A DNA stretch of 62,585 bases, the filler included, from Bipalium vagum (Eukaryota), in NCBI GenBank assembly GCA_037834085.1. It is 3 parts of 3 records of this genome, joined end to end, with 100 filler letters (N's around TTAATTAATTAA, not from the genome) between each part and the next. Parts side by side here need not be neighbours in the genome. Positions count along the whole stretch, not along the records: positions 39,471 to 62,585 come from JBBMKC010213036.1; 2 more parts are not named here. One strand, written 5' to 3'. Each line of letters starts with the position of its first letter. Position 1 is the stretch's first letter. The position numbers and the translations under genes are program-made. This document shows, piece after piece, positions 39,471 through 53,700 of the stretch. A model generated the notes under the pieces. That model worked only from the letters and a program-made list of their open reading frames with translations, was not told the origin of the DNA and did not search any database.

Positions 39471-42400
39471 ATTATTATTATGATTATTATTATTATTATT
39501 ATTATGATTATTATTATTTTTATTATTTTTATTATTATTAATATTATTATTATTAAGAGTATTATTATTATTGATTATTACATGCAATTTTTTAATATTT
39601 AAAAATTAAACATTTGATAAATTTGATAATTAATATATAAAATATAAATATCATTATTACTTAATGAAATTTAATATTTTGCCAAAACCAAAGACAAAAT
39701 TATTAATTTTATTGTGTCCATCTGAAAAAAAAATTTAAATTGGAAAAATCAATAATTTATTTAACAAAACTGAATAGACTGAAGAATAGGATAATAAATA
39801 GTGAAAAACATTAAATATTTATTCTATAAATGTGTACATAGTATCAACAATAAAATAATACCTGATTATGGTTATAATGGACAACTTGCTTATGGAAATA
39901 ATATTCCAGAATTATTTAGATGCTGCTTAATAAATTATTATTTCCCTTATAAAATAATTCAGGTACCCCTTCATATAAAATAATTTAGTTTTTGTAATAT
40001 TTTACACGAATTATATCTTTAACAGACTAGGAAGAAATTCATTTAGAAATTCAAAATTGAATTAAACATATTGGATAAATTCCTGGAAGAAATAAATTCT
40101 ATTTTCGACCGAATCGAGAATATTCGAAGAATTAAGATAGTTTTGGACTTTTGTGACAACTAAATAATTGGTTTTGATAATTCTTGATTCTCTGAAATGA
40201 TCATGATTCTTTAATCAGAATCATACATATTACTGAAATATATAATAGTAATAATAATAATTGATAATCGTTTATTAGTTTGAGAAGGATCTGAAAGAAA
40301 TATAAATATATGACTGAAAAATCAAGTTAAATTTCATGAGGTTACAAAGACTTAAAACTAAAAGTTTCAAAAAATTAATAAAAGAAACAATATATACGGT
40401 TCACAATAAGGGGATCTCTTAAAGGTAGAGCAACACTTTACCTAACTGCAATGTATCATTAATCTAAAGCAACTAAAAATGTTGTAAAGATTCTTTTGTA
40501 TTTATTTAGTTTTTTCGCTTCTGTTACATATATATACCTGGGTAAATAATTTTACCGAAGTGTATTTATTTAATGTATTTTGTTTTCTGTTAAAATATTC
40601 TATTAGAAAAGAAATAAATTAGACATTAATTTGGTGAAATCATTAAAATACCCAAAAAAATAATTAAAAATTAAATTGTGTTTAAATACTTCAATTTATA
40701 TTAAAACTGGCAATATTATTTGAAAAGTTATGGTAATACGGTAAAGAATTTAATGAAGTATTTAGATATTCGAATATGGCTATTACGTTTATGTAATTAT
40801 ATGCGCTTTCGAAATATATAGAGCAAATGTTAGAGAAATTAAATAAATTTGGTATATTGTCAACAAATGCACAAATTGCTGAAAAAAATGAAAATCATTG
40901 CAAAATTTCAATTTTTAGATTTCTCATACATTTGTTTATAAGAACACAAAAGTAATTCCGCTCAAAAAATCTTTTAAAAATGATTATACCCGTTCTTTAG
41001 TAAAATTAGATAAAAAAAGGAATAACCGTTAGTTAAAGTGTTGTTTTTCCCCTCAGAAATACTTGCAAAAATGTTTTTGGTAGAGCTAAGAAAAGTCTAA
41101 TCTTAAGACCTAAGTGTGAAAATAAGACTAAATTCTGAAGAAAGGTTCAATAAATAATAACCCGAGAAAAAAATATTTTTCAATGAAACACCGATGAATC
41201 TATTAATACGTCTAATAATCTAAATCTAGTTAATTAATAGTAGAATAAAGACCAATAGAAAATAATTGTTGGAAATATTAAAATTAAAGTAATTATAAAA
41301 TTATATAATGTGAATATCATTACATTTTGATGTTATAATTTTTTAGCAATACTTTTTTTCTGAGTTATGTTGAAAAAAAATTTATTAAAAGAAAGAGCCT
41401 AAGTCAAGTAAAACCTAATATAACCCAATTCTTAATCATAAAAGGCGCTGAAACATATGAAGAATTAATCGAAAATGATATTATTTGTTGATTTAATAAA
41501 ATAATAATCGGAACCATTTATGATTTGAAATTTGATTTTTATTATCAAATATTAATCATTAAAAAATGTTATCTAAAATCTTAAACAAACACAATAATAA
41601 ACCGAAAAATATTTGTTATCTACTTTTTTGCAGAGAAAAATATTTTTTTATATTTATCAAAAAAATCATATTTTTTGAAATTGTATGAAAAAGTGCTTTG
41701 ATGTACGGAGAAAAATCCAAGAAACATTGTTACATTGATTACAATGAAAATGGAGGCTTTTATAAAGCCAATTTTTATCAATAAAATTTCCTCTCAGAGT
41801 AAAGAGAACATAAATTATTATTATCATTATTAAGTTAAGAAATAGTTTTTTATTTTTAAATAATATTTTATAGTTAAATATTATACAAATAATTATATTT
41901 TTTATCGTAAAATATACAGGAGATTTAATCAAACAATTTTAATTTTAATTATAAAATAATAATTTAAATATATAAAATTTAAAAAATAAATAATATTTTA
42001 AACTTATATTGTCTAATAATAATAATAATAAAATTAAATTGTTACATTTTATAATTTATCAGAGAATATAAATGTCACAGATGTAGAGGAAATGGAAATC
42101 AGAGTTAGGAATGTTAATTTAGATCAAGGAAATTTGGCAAAAATAATTAAAAAAGTGAATATAAATAAGACGGTTACATTGATTACTTTGAAGTTGTCAG
42201 TAGGATATCGAATAGCAAAGGTATAAGAGAGTACTATGAGCATTTTTCGCTATCTAAAAGACCGACTTTTGTTAATAGGAAAGCTAGTGGTAACCACATA
42301 TTTGGTTTTCCCGATGAATTGAGGAAAACAAAGCAGAAAATGGAACGGTAAAGGTGAGCAGACTCTTAAGAAGACGAATTTTGAAGTGTTTTCAAAACGG

Positions 42401-42613
42401 ATGCGTTTACCTGAAATGGTTATTTTGTAGGAAAAAATGCAATGACACCAATTATTGCCATAGAAATCCAAGAGATGGAAGTGGATATTAATGTAATGAG
42501 TTGGAAAGGGAAAATGTAAAAGATCAACATTGTGCTGACACATTGAGATGATCAAACGAAGGTTTTTAAGGCAAAAGTAAAAATATATGATGAGGAATGT
42601 GGTAATTAAAAAA

Positions 42614-44662
42614 TTAAATAAATACATTAATGTTACTTTGTAAAAGAACTTCATAACGACTGTGTTTATTAACGATCTCATAGAGTTCATCTGGCGATAA
42701 CGTAATTGAAGATTCATAAGATTGAACTGATGGATAAGGAAATCCATTTTGGTTTATGCTTTGTACATAACTATTTTTGATCATTGGTGTCATATTAGAA
42801 TTAAAGCTTTCAAACACTTGATGAGATTCATCGTTAAACTGGTTTATCACAGGGGGCACCATATTAAACTGATGTTGAAAATTTGGCAAACCAAGGGGGA
42901 GATTTGGATTTATTTTGAAATGTTCAAACATAGGTGGGGACATTGGTACCATTTGGAATGGGACAGGGGATTTTTCCAGAGAAGCAACTGAATAATCAGG
43001 ATTTGAGCATGTTCCTAGTAAGAAATTGAATTTATTTTCAGAAACATTTCACATCAATTTTTCGTGATAAAAAGTGCTGGTGCATGAAAATCACAAAATA
43101 TATATATCTCCAAATAAAGAATATTTATAAAAGAATAAAAAGTCTGATTACTTTCCTAAATAATATAAATTTAAAGTTTTTTTAAAAACAAATTATTAAT
43201 GAGATCTAAAACAAGAGTTTCTAAAATAATTAATGAAAATATTAATATTATTTAATAAAAATTAAGAATTGCTCGTTATAATACACTCATTTTCAATTAA
43301 AACGCGCCATTATTGGATTTGTGTTCAATCAATCTATTTTAATCAAATATTCACAATTTTGTATGGGAATCATCTCATAGTTGTGATATCGGCATTGAAA
43401 GAACATCAATTCAATTAAGAATTTCAACTGACTCTGTGTCAAATTGGTTTTGAAAACTCAGAAATTATGTTTCGATAATTTATTATCAAAAGCATAAGAC
43501 TACCTCGGGGACATTCATTAATAGATGAGTTGCACAGATATCAATTGTAATGACTGACTCATGGAGTGGACATATTAATTTAAAATTATCTGTCAAATCA
43601 TCAAATTCAACACTTCTCTGTTAATCATTTGATAATTTCAGCAATCCATTAAAGAATGCACGTCAGCCAAAAGCATTGAAAGTTTTTAGTCATTATTAAA
43701 TAGAAAATTTCGCCAAAAGGAAACACATCATAGAAATGATATGGATAAATATTAATCAAAAATATATCGACGATTGCATGGACAGAATGATGACATTATT
43801 TGATTATTTGACAATAGGTATTTTCCAATTTTTTTTCAACAATCAATTTTATAGTCCTAAAGAGGACTTTTTGTCATTCTCATTGTGTAAAAATAGAGCC
43901 ACTTTGTTGGACTCTAAGTAATTTTTATCTTTAATAAGTTGCTATTTTTGTAATATATGTAATCAGCTGATTATTAAAAACAAAACAAATAAAAATTAAC
44001 TGACAAGATGTGATATATTTCTCCATATCCCTGTGAAGAACATGTCGATCGTCGAGAGATAATCAGTCGACTTTATGCATATAAACAACTTTAAAAGACT
44101 TACTGACATGGATTTAATTTCTGAGTCGATGCAGCACCTTTAAACAGATATTGAACAACTAAGTTTTAATTATTAAAATGAAAGAATTTTCAACATTTAC
44201 TTCAATATGATAACTACTAACGACTAAACAACAAGATATTGAATCACAACTAGATTTTAACTATTAAAATCAAAGGAATTTTCAAAAATCCTTCAAATTG
44301 TTCAAAATTAAAATTATTAAATTGATCATTTTAAATAAATGTGAACAAAGGACTGAAGTTAGCCAAATTTAATTAAAAATGTTTAACAGGAAATTTATTT
44401 TATTATTTTTAAATTATATTCCTTTCATCATACTAAGTTTTTTATCGTATAATGACTAGTTGTCATCAATATTTTGTTAATATAAAAAATAATTTTTGAT
44501 TGGCTGGTAATCTCATTTAAATTGTCTAGAATTTTATAAATTGAAATTAATTGTTATTAATAATTTTAAAAATTATTTATTTTTATATTTTATAACAAAT
44601 CATCTTTTTATCACAATTTTTATATAATCTTAATCGAAAATAATTTTCTTTGGTATACTCTG

Positions 44663-44741
<79 letters not shown>

Positions 44742-47700
44742 TTTATCTCGTTATTAAATTAGGGACAGTGATGAATTAGTAATTAAAAATAGAACAAACC
44801 ATAGCTTCCATCAAAACTCGCTCGCTTATTTTCAGGACAAAATAGGTTCATGTTTGGTGGATTGGAAACCATCCGAGCCAACGCAACATTATAATTTTCC
44901 GAATTGATTGTCGTTATGGCAGAAGTTACGTTGGGAGAATTGGTCGTACGGCTATCATATGTACCAAATAATTGTTGCTTGGAATAGGACGGGACATTTC
45001 TGATATTTAGGGTCTGTGATTGAAATCCTGGCATACAGTCTGTATTGAAAGTAACAGTTTAAAAACTAATAGGTAAATTTCAAGGATATGTAATTATCTA
45101 ATATATTTATATGGATTTTGACTGTTTTTGTTTTAGTTTAAATCTACTTAAACTTCAAAACTTAGTTTAAACTTTAAACAAATTTGAATCTAAATTAATT
45201 TCATTGACGAAGCTGCACTTTATTCATGTATTACTCCCCATAATAATAAAATACTTTGGAAGTGCAAGTGAAACGTTAACTGACAAATCCGTGTATATAT
45301 TATATTCTGTTTAGATATAGTCAACTTTGGTTTTATTTACGAAATACCCCGGACTGGCTGGGTTTCTATTAGCGATTCTGCAAATATCAACAACTAAATG
45401 TTTATTACAACTAGATTTTTGAGGCTCCAAAATCCAATACGTTTTCTATATATTTAGAGAACCTTATGGTATTGTCAAGGTCATGCTTGGAATTCAGTAA
45501 ATCAATAAAGCTCGATTAAAACAAGAATCTAAATCACAAATATTGAAATTTGGTCAGAGATTCAGCTTAATTATAATTTGACATTACATTCAACATGTAA
45601 ATTAAAAACCTAACAAAAATATAAATAAATAAAGATATTTGTAAATTATAAATAAAATAAATGTTGGACTTTGAAATTCAAAACGAGATCAATAATGACA
45701 CTATTAGCAATTGTTTTTAATCACAAATCAGCATGAATAAAAAATGTAAGTGCGTTGATAGAAGAAATATCCCATGAAAAGATTTTTGTTTTAATAGATC
45801 TTAATTTACGTTTGACCGTAAATAACATTTTAGTGAAATCCCTCAATCATATCTTAGAGTCCCACTTTTAATTAAAAATCACAAAATCACAAAATCTTTG
45901 GATATAAAGCTTTTTATAAATTTTTTATTCCATATTAAAAATATCAAGAATCAATAGATACAACCCAAACATTGAAATTTTTATGTATCTTATCTATGAA
46001 TTTTATAAACAAAACATATTAAATAAAAAATGTTCAACATTTTAGGGAACAGCGTGCGAAAGTTGCTAAATTTAATTGAATTTTGATTTTAATTATTGAT
46101 ATATATATTGGAAACTTAACAATTAAACGAGAAGCCTTGGGCGTTTTTCGATTTAATCGTTGAGATATTACTATTTAACATTACTATAAATGTTTCATAG
46201 AATTTTATAGGTTCTGCACCCAGCTTTCTTTTATTGCAATTATATTACCCGTTAAACAATTATATATAATAAATAAAATGAACAATAATTAAATCGAGAG
46301 ACCACGATGTTTCCAAGCAATATCACCAACAATATTTATTTTAATTCAAAAATTCAACTATAAATCACATTTTAGTTCCAACATATTAATTCTTCACATC
46401 ATAAAATCTTCATTTTATATTGGATTTTTATTAAGTTTATAAAAATCTCTGAAATGACATAAAACCTCGGAACAGTTCAGATTAATTATTTGATCTAATT
46501 AACCATAAATCACAAAGAAAATTTAGATAAAATTGTAATAAATTATTTGTTAAAATTCACTGCGAAAATATGAATGAAAGATTGTCATTGCTTAATCACA
46601 GATAGTGTCTCTTAAAATCAATTATTTACATATATTATTTAATTTCTCAAAACATTTACAAAATTTAAATAATGAGTTTTATTTTTTAATTTCCGAAATG
46701 CCTCATTTTAATAACGAAAAGTGTGCATAAAAATAAAATCATTATTACAAATAAATAATAAATAGACTTTTAAGTAATGTTATTTCCTCATTTATTGTAT
46801 AAACATTAAGAAAATATAAAAGGCATAGGCATAAATCACGTATTTTTTACTATTATTATTATTATTTTACACACACACACACATATATATATTATTAGTA
46901 TTAAGGTGGTCCATAAGTCTTTTTGTATTTTTAATCAAAAATTAAAAACAAAATAGAACAAGAACAAATATTTATCAAGCCTCAAAATAATGAAAATTTG
47001 AATTAATAGCTTAATCCATCTATCGGCAAGTTGTTGAATCCCGCGTTGATACCAGTCTTCTTCAAAACAAATAAAAGCATGTATTTACAATAATTTAATA
47101 AATATTATTTTACCGTCTGATAAAGGAAGTTTGTATCTTCAAAATGATATATAGTTGTATAGATTTAAATATTTACATCAATTACAAAATTAATTTGAAA
47201 TAGTAAAACAAAAATACGAAGACTTATGGACCACTCCAATAATATTACCAATAATATTGTTAATATTATTAAAATATTAATTAAAAATTTTTTTACAATA
47301 AATAATAATAGTTTATTATATATTAATAAAATTTAAACATTACTTTTTCAGTTAATTTTTCTTAAAAATTACACAAAATAATAAAATAAGTCCTAGAATT
47401 AATTATATAATTTTTAGATATTTTAATTTAGTGTACCAATAGAAATAAAATTATTTTCTTAAAACAAATATTTGAACTAAAAATTAAATGTTACGTGAAA
47501 ACATGGAGAAAAATTTCTTCATGAACATATTAATTATTTTATAATATATTATATAAGTATATATAACATAAATTCACCATCATTTTGAAAAGAACTTACC
47601 GTAAACGCCATTTGGAACGGGCTTGTAAAATCCACCATTGGTAGAAGAGACTGACGGAACTGGAATGACGTTATTACAGGCCATCGTAGGTCTTACAGTA

Positions 47701-50700
47701 TGAGGATACTTGCCCTTCATTCTACGCTTTCGACAACGACGGATTCGCAGTAGACAAATGCTTATAATGCACAGTAGGCCAACAAACGTAATTATGGCAC
47801 AGAATACAATCAACAGATAGTTTATCTTAGACGCTGGAAAAATGTGGTTTGGATTTTTTGAATCTGGAAAACATTAAGTAAAATATAATAAGAAATATTT
47901 TAATGTAAAATACTTTAAAAAGAATTTTATATATTAATAATTTATGCTACAAGTAAATGACGAAAAAGAAATTTTGAACAATTTGACAACCCATGGTATA
48001 TGTAAAGAATCTAAAATCATTATTATGATAAATTTTTTCCATTTCTTAAGCATTTAATTAATCATTTTCATTTCTCTGGAAATTTTATGAGAGAAATGGC
48101 GGTTTTAAATCTAATATAAAATGCATCGTTACAGAGGCGAGGTTAATCTAAATATTTATGGAAAATTATGTTTTTTAATCATTTATTGATATCCACCAGG
48201 CAAATACAGAGGAATCGATTCTCAAGAGATTACATAGGTTAATTGATAATAAGATGCTTTTACCAATGAAGTAAATGGAGACATAAGAATAATATTAACC
48301 TATAAAAGATATCAATTCCAATCATAACTACAATGCCGACATTGATATTATATAAATGTTCAGTATTATTAATATGACATTAATTCAATGTGCTGATTAT
48401 ATTAGGCAATTTTATTTGTTAAAATGTTAAGAAATATAATTACATATAAATATTTATTTATAAATATGCAAGGAAAATTTTGATTAATTAAGATTGTATG
48501 CAACAAAATCACAAAGATTAAAGTACAAGTATTAAAGGTGTTTCATTCTTCATTTCAAAGTTCAAAAATCTAATTTTCTTTGAAAAATAATATTTGCTAC
48601 TCTTCAAAAGAGTTCTAACCTACAAGATGGAAAAAAATAAAATTGATAAAATAAAAATGAAGACAACTGACAAAACCTCCGATAGTAAAGCGGTATTAAC
48701 AAAGAAGAAATGAATAAAAACAATTTTTGAATAATTAATTATACATTATTATAATTTATACTACATAGTCATTGGTGGAGACAGGGATAAGCAAGTATTG
48801 TAAGGTTCGAATTATCTTCACAATTTATAAGAGAATAAAAACGATTTATATACATAGTTAACTAAAAGTAATCCAATAAAAATAATTAAAAACAGAGATG
48901 TACTATTAAAATACAAATTAATATGATATAATTTTAGAGTTCTGAAATGCCTAACAAGTGCAATGAAAACATAAAATAGCGGAAAAATCAATGTAACAAA
49001 AAATTTTGATTTGCTATAGAAAATAAATTTCTGATTCCTTTATGATTAATTCTGATTTATACAAAAAAAAACCAGAAAAATTGTCTCAGGCCATTCCAAA
49101 TTTTATTCGTTTATTTTGTTTAAATGAAGAAAAATAAGCGAAAAATCAAAATTGAAAACGAAAGCTGTCGCATAATCGGAAAATTGGCTCAGATATGTTA
49201 CAAGCGGGTCACATGGCAAAATCCAAAAAATATAAAAATCAATGCTTTTTTTCAAACTTGAATGTCAAATGTTTCCTATTTATTTATTTTTAAAGCATTT
49301 TTTTATTTCCTCAAAGAGATTAAATTCAGTATTTCTTGACAAATTAGATTGTCGATCCATTTATAAAAGAATACGAGTACCAAATAACAACTTTGAAAAT
49401 CCATTTTAAACTAATCCTTAAAATTGTTATTACCAATGTAAAACATGTGTTTATAATATGGTTAGTCGAAACTAAGAAGGATTTGGTTTTTGATTTTAGA
49501 CCAGAAATTAATGAAAGGGGTTTCATTATTTAAAATTGTTACGGTCTTAAAGTCAAAATTTTTATAAGAGCGAATTTTTCTAACAAGGTATATATTTATT
49601 TTTTAAATTGTTACTTCAAAAGCGTTTCTTTTTGAATAATTGTTTTTCCAATGATTTAATCATTCAGAACAGCCGAGAGGCAAAGGTAAAAATAAAGCTC
49701 GAGCTGAAGCAACTTAATTTCTAGCATAATTTTTTTTAAAAACTTCTTGATTCTTTTTAAATTGAAAGGTACATATATTAGGAGCGTATTTTGATTACAA
49801 TAATTTGAGTACTGAATGATACTACAATTAAATTTAGAATTTATTCAAAGAAAGCTTGGGATCCTTGGAGTATTTTTTATATTTTGAGTTTTACTTTGCG
49901 TGACTCAGGGTTCATGACGACATTACATATAATTTCGTTAATAAATGATAGGTTATTCACAAAAAGAAACTGATAGACTTAGTAAGAAGATTTGTAAAAA
50001 TAGAAAAATTTATTACTCCGATGAAAAAAATTCAAGAAAATAAATTTACAAAAGTAAAAATCTTACAAATTATTCCGATTAAAATTCATTTATTCAAAAA
50101 ATATATTACAGAAATTATTACTAATGATACACATTTAGTCTCTTTTAAGTGGAACCTCATTTTTGTTTCATAACAGTAAAGAAGATCAAATGGATAAATG
50201 CTGATTTTTGTCCTTTTCACTTAACTGATGTGGGAATCATTTTTAAAACTTTTTGACTTTTCCAAATTGCCTACGATGGTCACAAACAGTGTCATTGTCA
50301 ACCAAAAATATTTCTACAAGTTGTTGCCATAAAGGACAATCGTCATGAATAGATGTGTGTCCAGAACAGAACCTGTTGTACCAACACTGAGCATCTCGTT
50401 TGCTAATTGAGTCTATACCCCTCTCTTATCAAATACTATTTGCAGCTTCTTATGCATTTCCTTTAATTTAAATTCATATAATGAACATGTTCGAATTTTA
50501 ACCGTTTTCATTGTCTCTCATAGTAAGTTTTACATTATTCAAACATTTATATAAATTAATAAAACGTTTTATATTACGCTTACCATACATCCTGATAAAT
50601 CAATAATTATAAAAATATTAATCGAAATCTTAATATATATATTTTTGCTTTAAAGTTTTTATATAGAAAAAACAATAATTTTCTTTCAATCTAATATAAT

Positions 50701-53700
50701 ATAAAGTTTTTCCAGTTTATAATAAAAAAAATTAAATAAAAACAAAGTTTCAAAATAAGAGAAACAATTTACTCTCAATAAATTGATAAAATATTATTTA
50801 ATAGTTCCGCCTTCAATTTAAATTAAAGAAAATAATTTTCAATTAATCTACTTTTAAAATGAATAATAAATTCAACATTTTATAAAAACTTATTTTCTTC
50901 ATCTAACATTAGTTTATTTTGGATATATTTAATCAAAATCTAATTAATCATTTTGGCGACACCAATTTCGATAATAATAATATTTGAAAATTGATAATAT
51001 AACGAAAAGATATTGTTTCTACCAGTATTAAAATATTGTTCAATTATTAAATTACAACAAAATTGAAGGCAGAATCAGAAAACCCAATATTCAATATCAT
51101 ATCTAATAATTAAAAAGCTAGAAATAGCTACGAAATTAAAATAAAATTTTTTTGAAAATAGTTTGGCAGAGGAAACTGAATTTGAGACAAAAATTCTCAA
51201 GAAAAACAGTTCAAAAAGTTTTGTATAAAAATTATATGAAATGAAAAATATTTATAACATATTTTAGATAAAAAATATATGATTTTTATTAAAATTTTTA
51301 TTTTTAAAAATATTTCTAATATTAATATTAGGTTGTCCGGAAAGTCTTTGTGCATAATAAGTTATCAATTTTAAATTAATATTTTAAAGTAAATTACATT
51401 TTGTTTTGATAAGTATTATATATTATTTTAAAGCGCGATTTTCATATAACGTAATATTATTTTAAAATTTAGAGATTTAAGTTTTTAAAAGATTTATCCA
51501 GCTTGAAATAATAAGTATTTATAATTTTGAAAATTGAATAACAAATTAATTTATTTAATAAAAAGAATTATACAGAATAAAAATTATTTTTATGACTGAT
51601 TCTTCAAATATGAAATATAAAATAATTCAAGTTACCCAGTTTATTGAGAGTTTTCAAATATTGATCTTCGTTGGGAATTGAATTGTTATATTCAACTGAA
51701 AAAAAAAATAATTAATTTTCTAAACGACTTCCTTAAACCTGTGTTAAATAGCATTTCTGTGATTACAATCCATTGTAATCTAAATTCCAAAGTAATCCGC
51801 ACAAATTTTGCCACAGAATTATTTAAGTCAAATATCACCCAACGAGCAGCCAGCAGCTGCAAATCGGTTTCGTGGAAATCTGAAATATTTGGCGAACAGA
51901 CCCCGTAGATTTCTCCTCCGATACTGAATTCGAAAGTGGCTCTGGAGAACACACTGATATTGAGATTTTTGTTGTTCAGTATATGGAATTTCACATTCTG
52001 AATTGCCCGCACTATATGTAATAGTAATAATATTAATTTCAGCTTGAAGAAATCATTCTCAACGTCATGAAACCACTTTCGACTTTATGATCTTTTTCAG
52101 AACATTGTTATAGTTCAAATAAAATTTCATTTTTATCATGTCTCCATGTATCAAAAAAATGTATAAAATATCTTTTGTTGGGTATTTATTTCTTAGAATG
52201 ATTAATTTAATTAAAAATGAGCCCAAGATCTCGTCTTCAAAAGTTCACAGTAATAAAACAAAATAGAAAAAGTAAAACCACCATAGCTCACGAATTTATC
52301 GCTTAGAAAAATTTTATAATTTAATTCCAGTTCGTACTAAAATGTTTCGAGAAAAATTAAATCATTTTTTTTACTAATTAACATGACCAAATAAGAATAT
52401 TTAGGAAATTTTGAAATTGGAGAACTTAAATAGGAATTGAAGAATAAAATAACGGGTTTATTGTCACTATTTTATTTCCATATTCATTTATTAAGCATTT
52501 GAATGAAAAAGGAAATCGACGATCAATGAATATTACAATGAAAATGATTTATCGGCAATTAATTTCCAACAGGTAACCCAGTGAGAGAGAGATTCAGTCA
52601 AAGAAAAGATCAATATAGCAATGATAAAATTGAAGACTACAAAAACAAAATCAATAATGTATTCCATGGAAATAATTTACAAAGCATCAATGGGAAATGA
52701 AAGGGAAAAAAGAAAAATTTATACTATTTTAAATTTTAAAAAAGATTTTTAAAAATATTATAAAAATTGTCGAAGAGGAAGCTTGAATGGTATTGTTTAA
52801 TGAATTAAAATCTTTTATTTACTCATATGAAAATCTCAGTTTTATGAAGAACAGGAAAAAATCAAATTAATTCCTCGAACAATATAACAGAAATAAAACA
52901 ATAGAAACATGTCCTTGAAACAAGACTTTGTCTGTAGATAAATTTGCACTAATCCTCAAGTTGTGCATGTTATTAATTTTGGATTAATATCCTTTATTTA
53001 TTATTATGAACTATTTTGGAAAATTAAAAGCGAAACCAAAACGAATTTTAATTAAAACAGTTATATATCACGGTCTTGTTTCACTTATGGCGACTATTTT
53101 AAATGACCAAACTGAAACAATGGTAAGATTAGGTGTTCCTTTAAGTTCTCGTTTTGTTAAAGTTGTCTGTAAAATGTTAAGCTGATAAATTGTAGAGAAT
53201 TAATCCTTTCAAAAAGATATTAAGAGCAAATTATTTCTCATTCATTCCAAGAACCGAGAGACATTAACTTATTTGCAAAGAAGCAATGATATTTCTCATG
53301 AAACACTGCTGACTTCAGAAATTGTAGAGTGGAATGCTGCCCTTTTTCTTATAAAATTGTTGGAACTAGCTCAACTTATTGAAATGTTTCTGCTGATTGA
53401 TTTTTACTGATATTATATTACTGGTGCAAAATTTCAAACTTTATAGACCAAAGGCGTAATGAAATGAAAGTAATGATTGGAAATTTATTCTGTAGACGTT
53501 GCAAAAGTTTCTATTCACATCAATGATCAAAATTTAATGGTGGTTTTAATCAACTCATTTGTCCAAAAAATCATTAAAACAGCAATTTCTCGAAAAAAAT
53601 TTCCTTATAAATAATCGTTAATTCGTGATAAGCGAACAAAATCACCCGCATGTTTATCATTCATCGTGAATTTAATTGATGCAAATATTAAAACATAAAA

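Noticed and set aside
40200-40290. Possible extra 3' exon of the DDR-like gene
   Set aside because: Low-complexity translation, no kinase motif, and no convincing coding link to the upstream exon.
42250-42991. 165-aa minus ORF and 80-aa plus ORF overlapping the last DDR-like exon
   Set aside because: Alternative-frame and antisense shadows with no domain motifs; only the 42614-ending frame fits the upstream splice phase.
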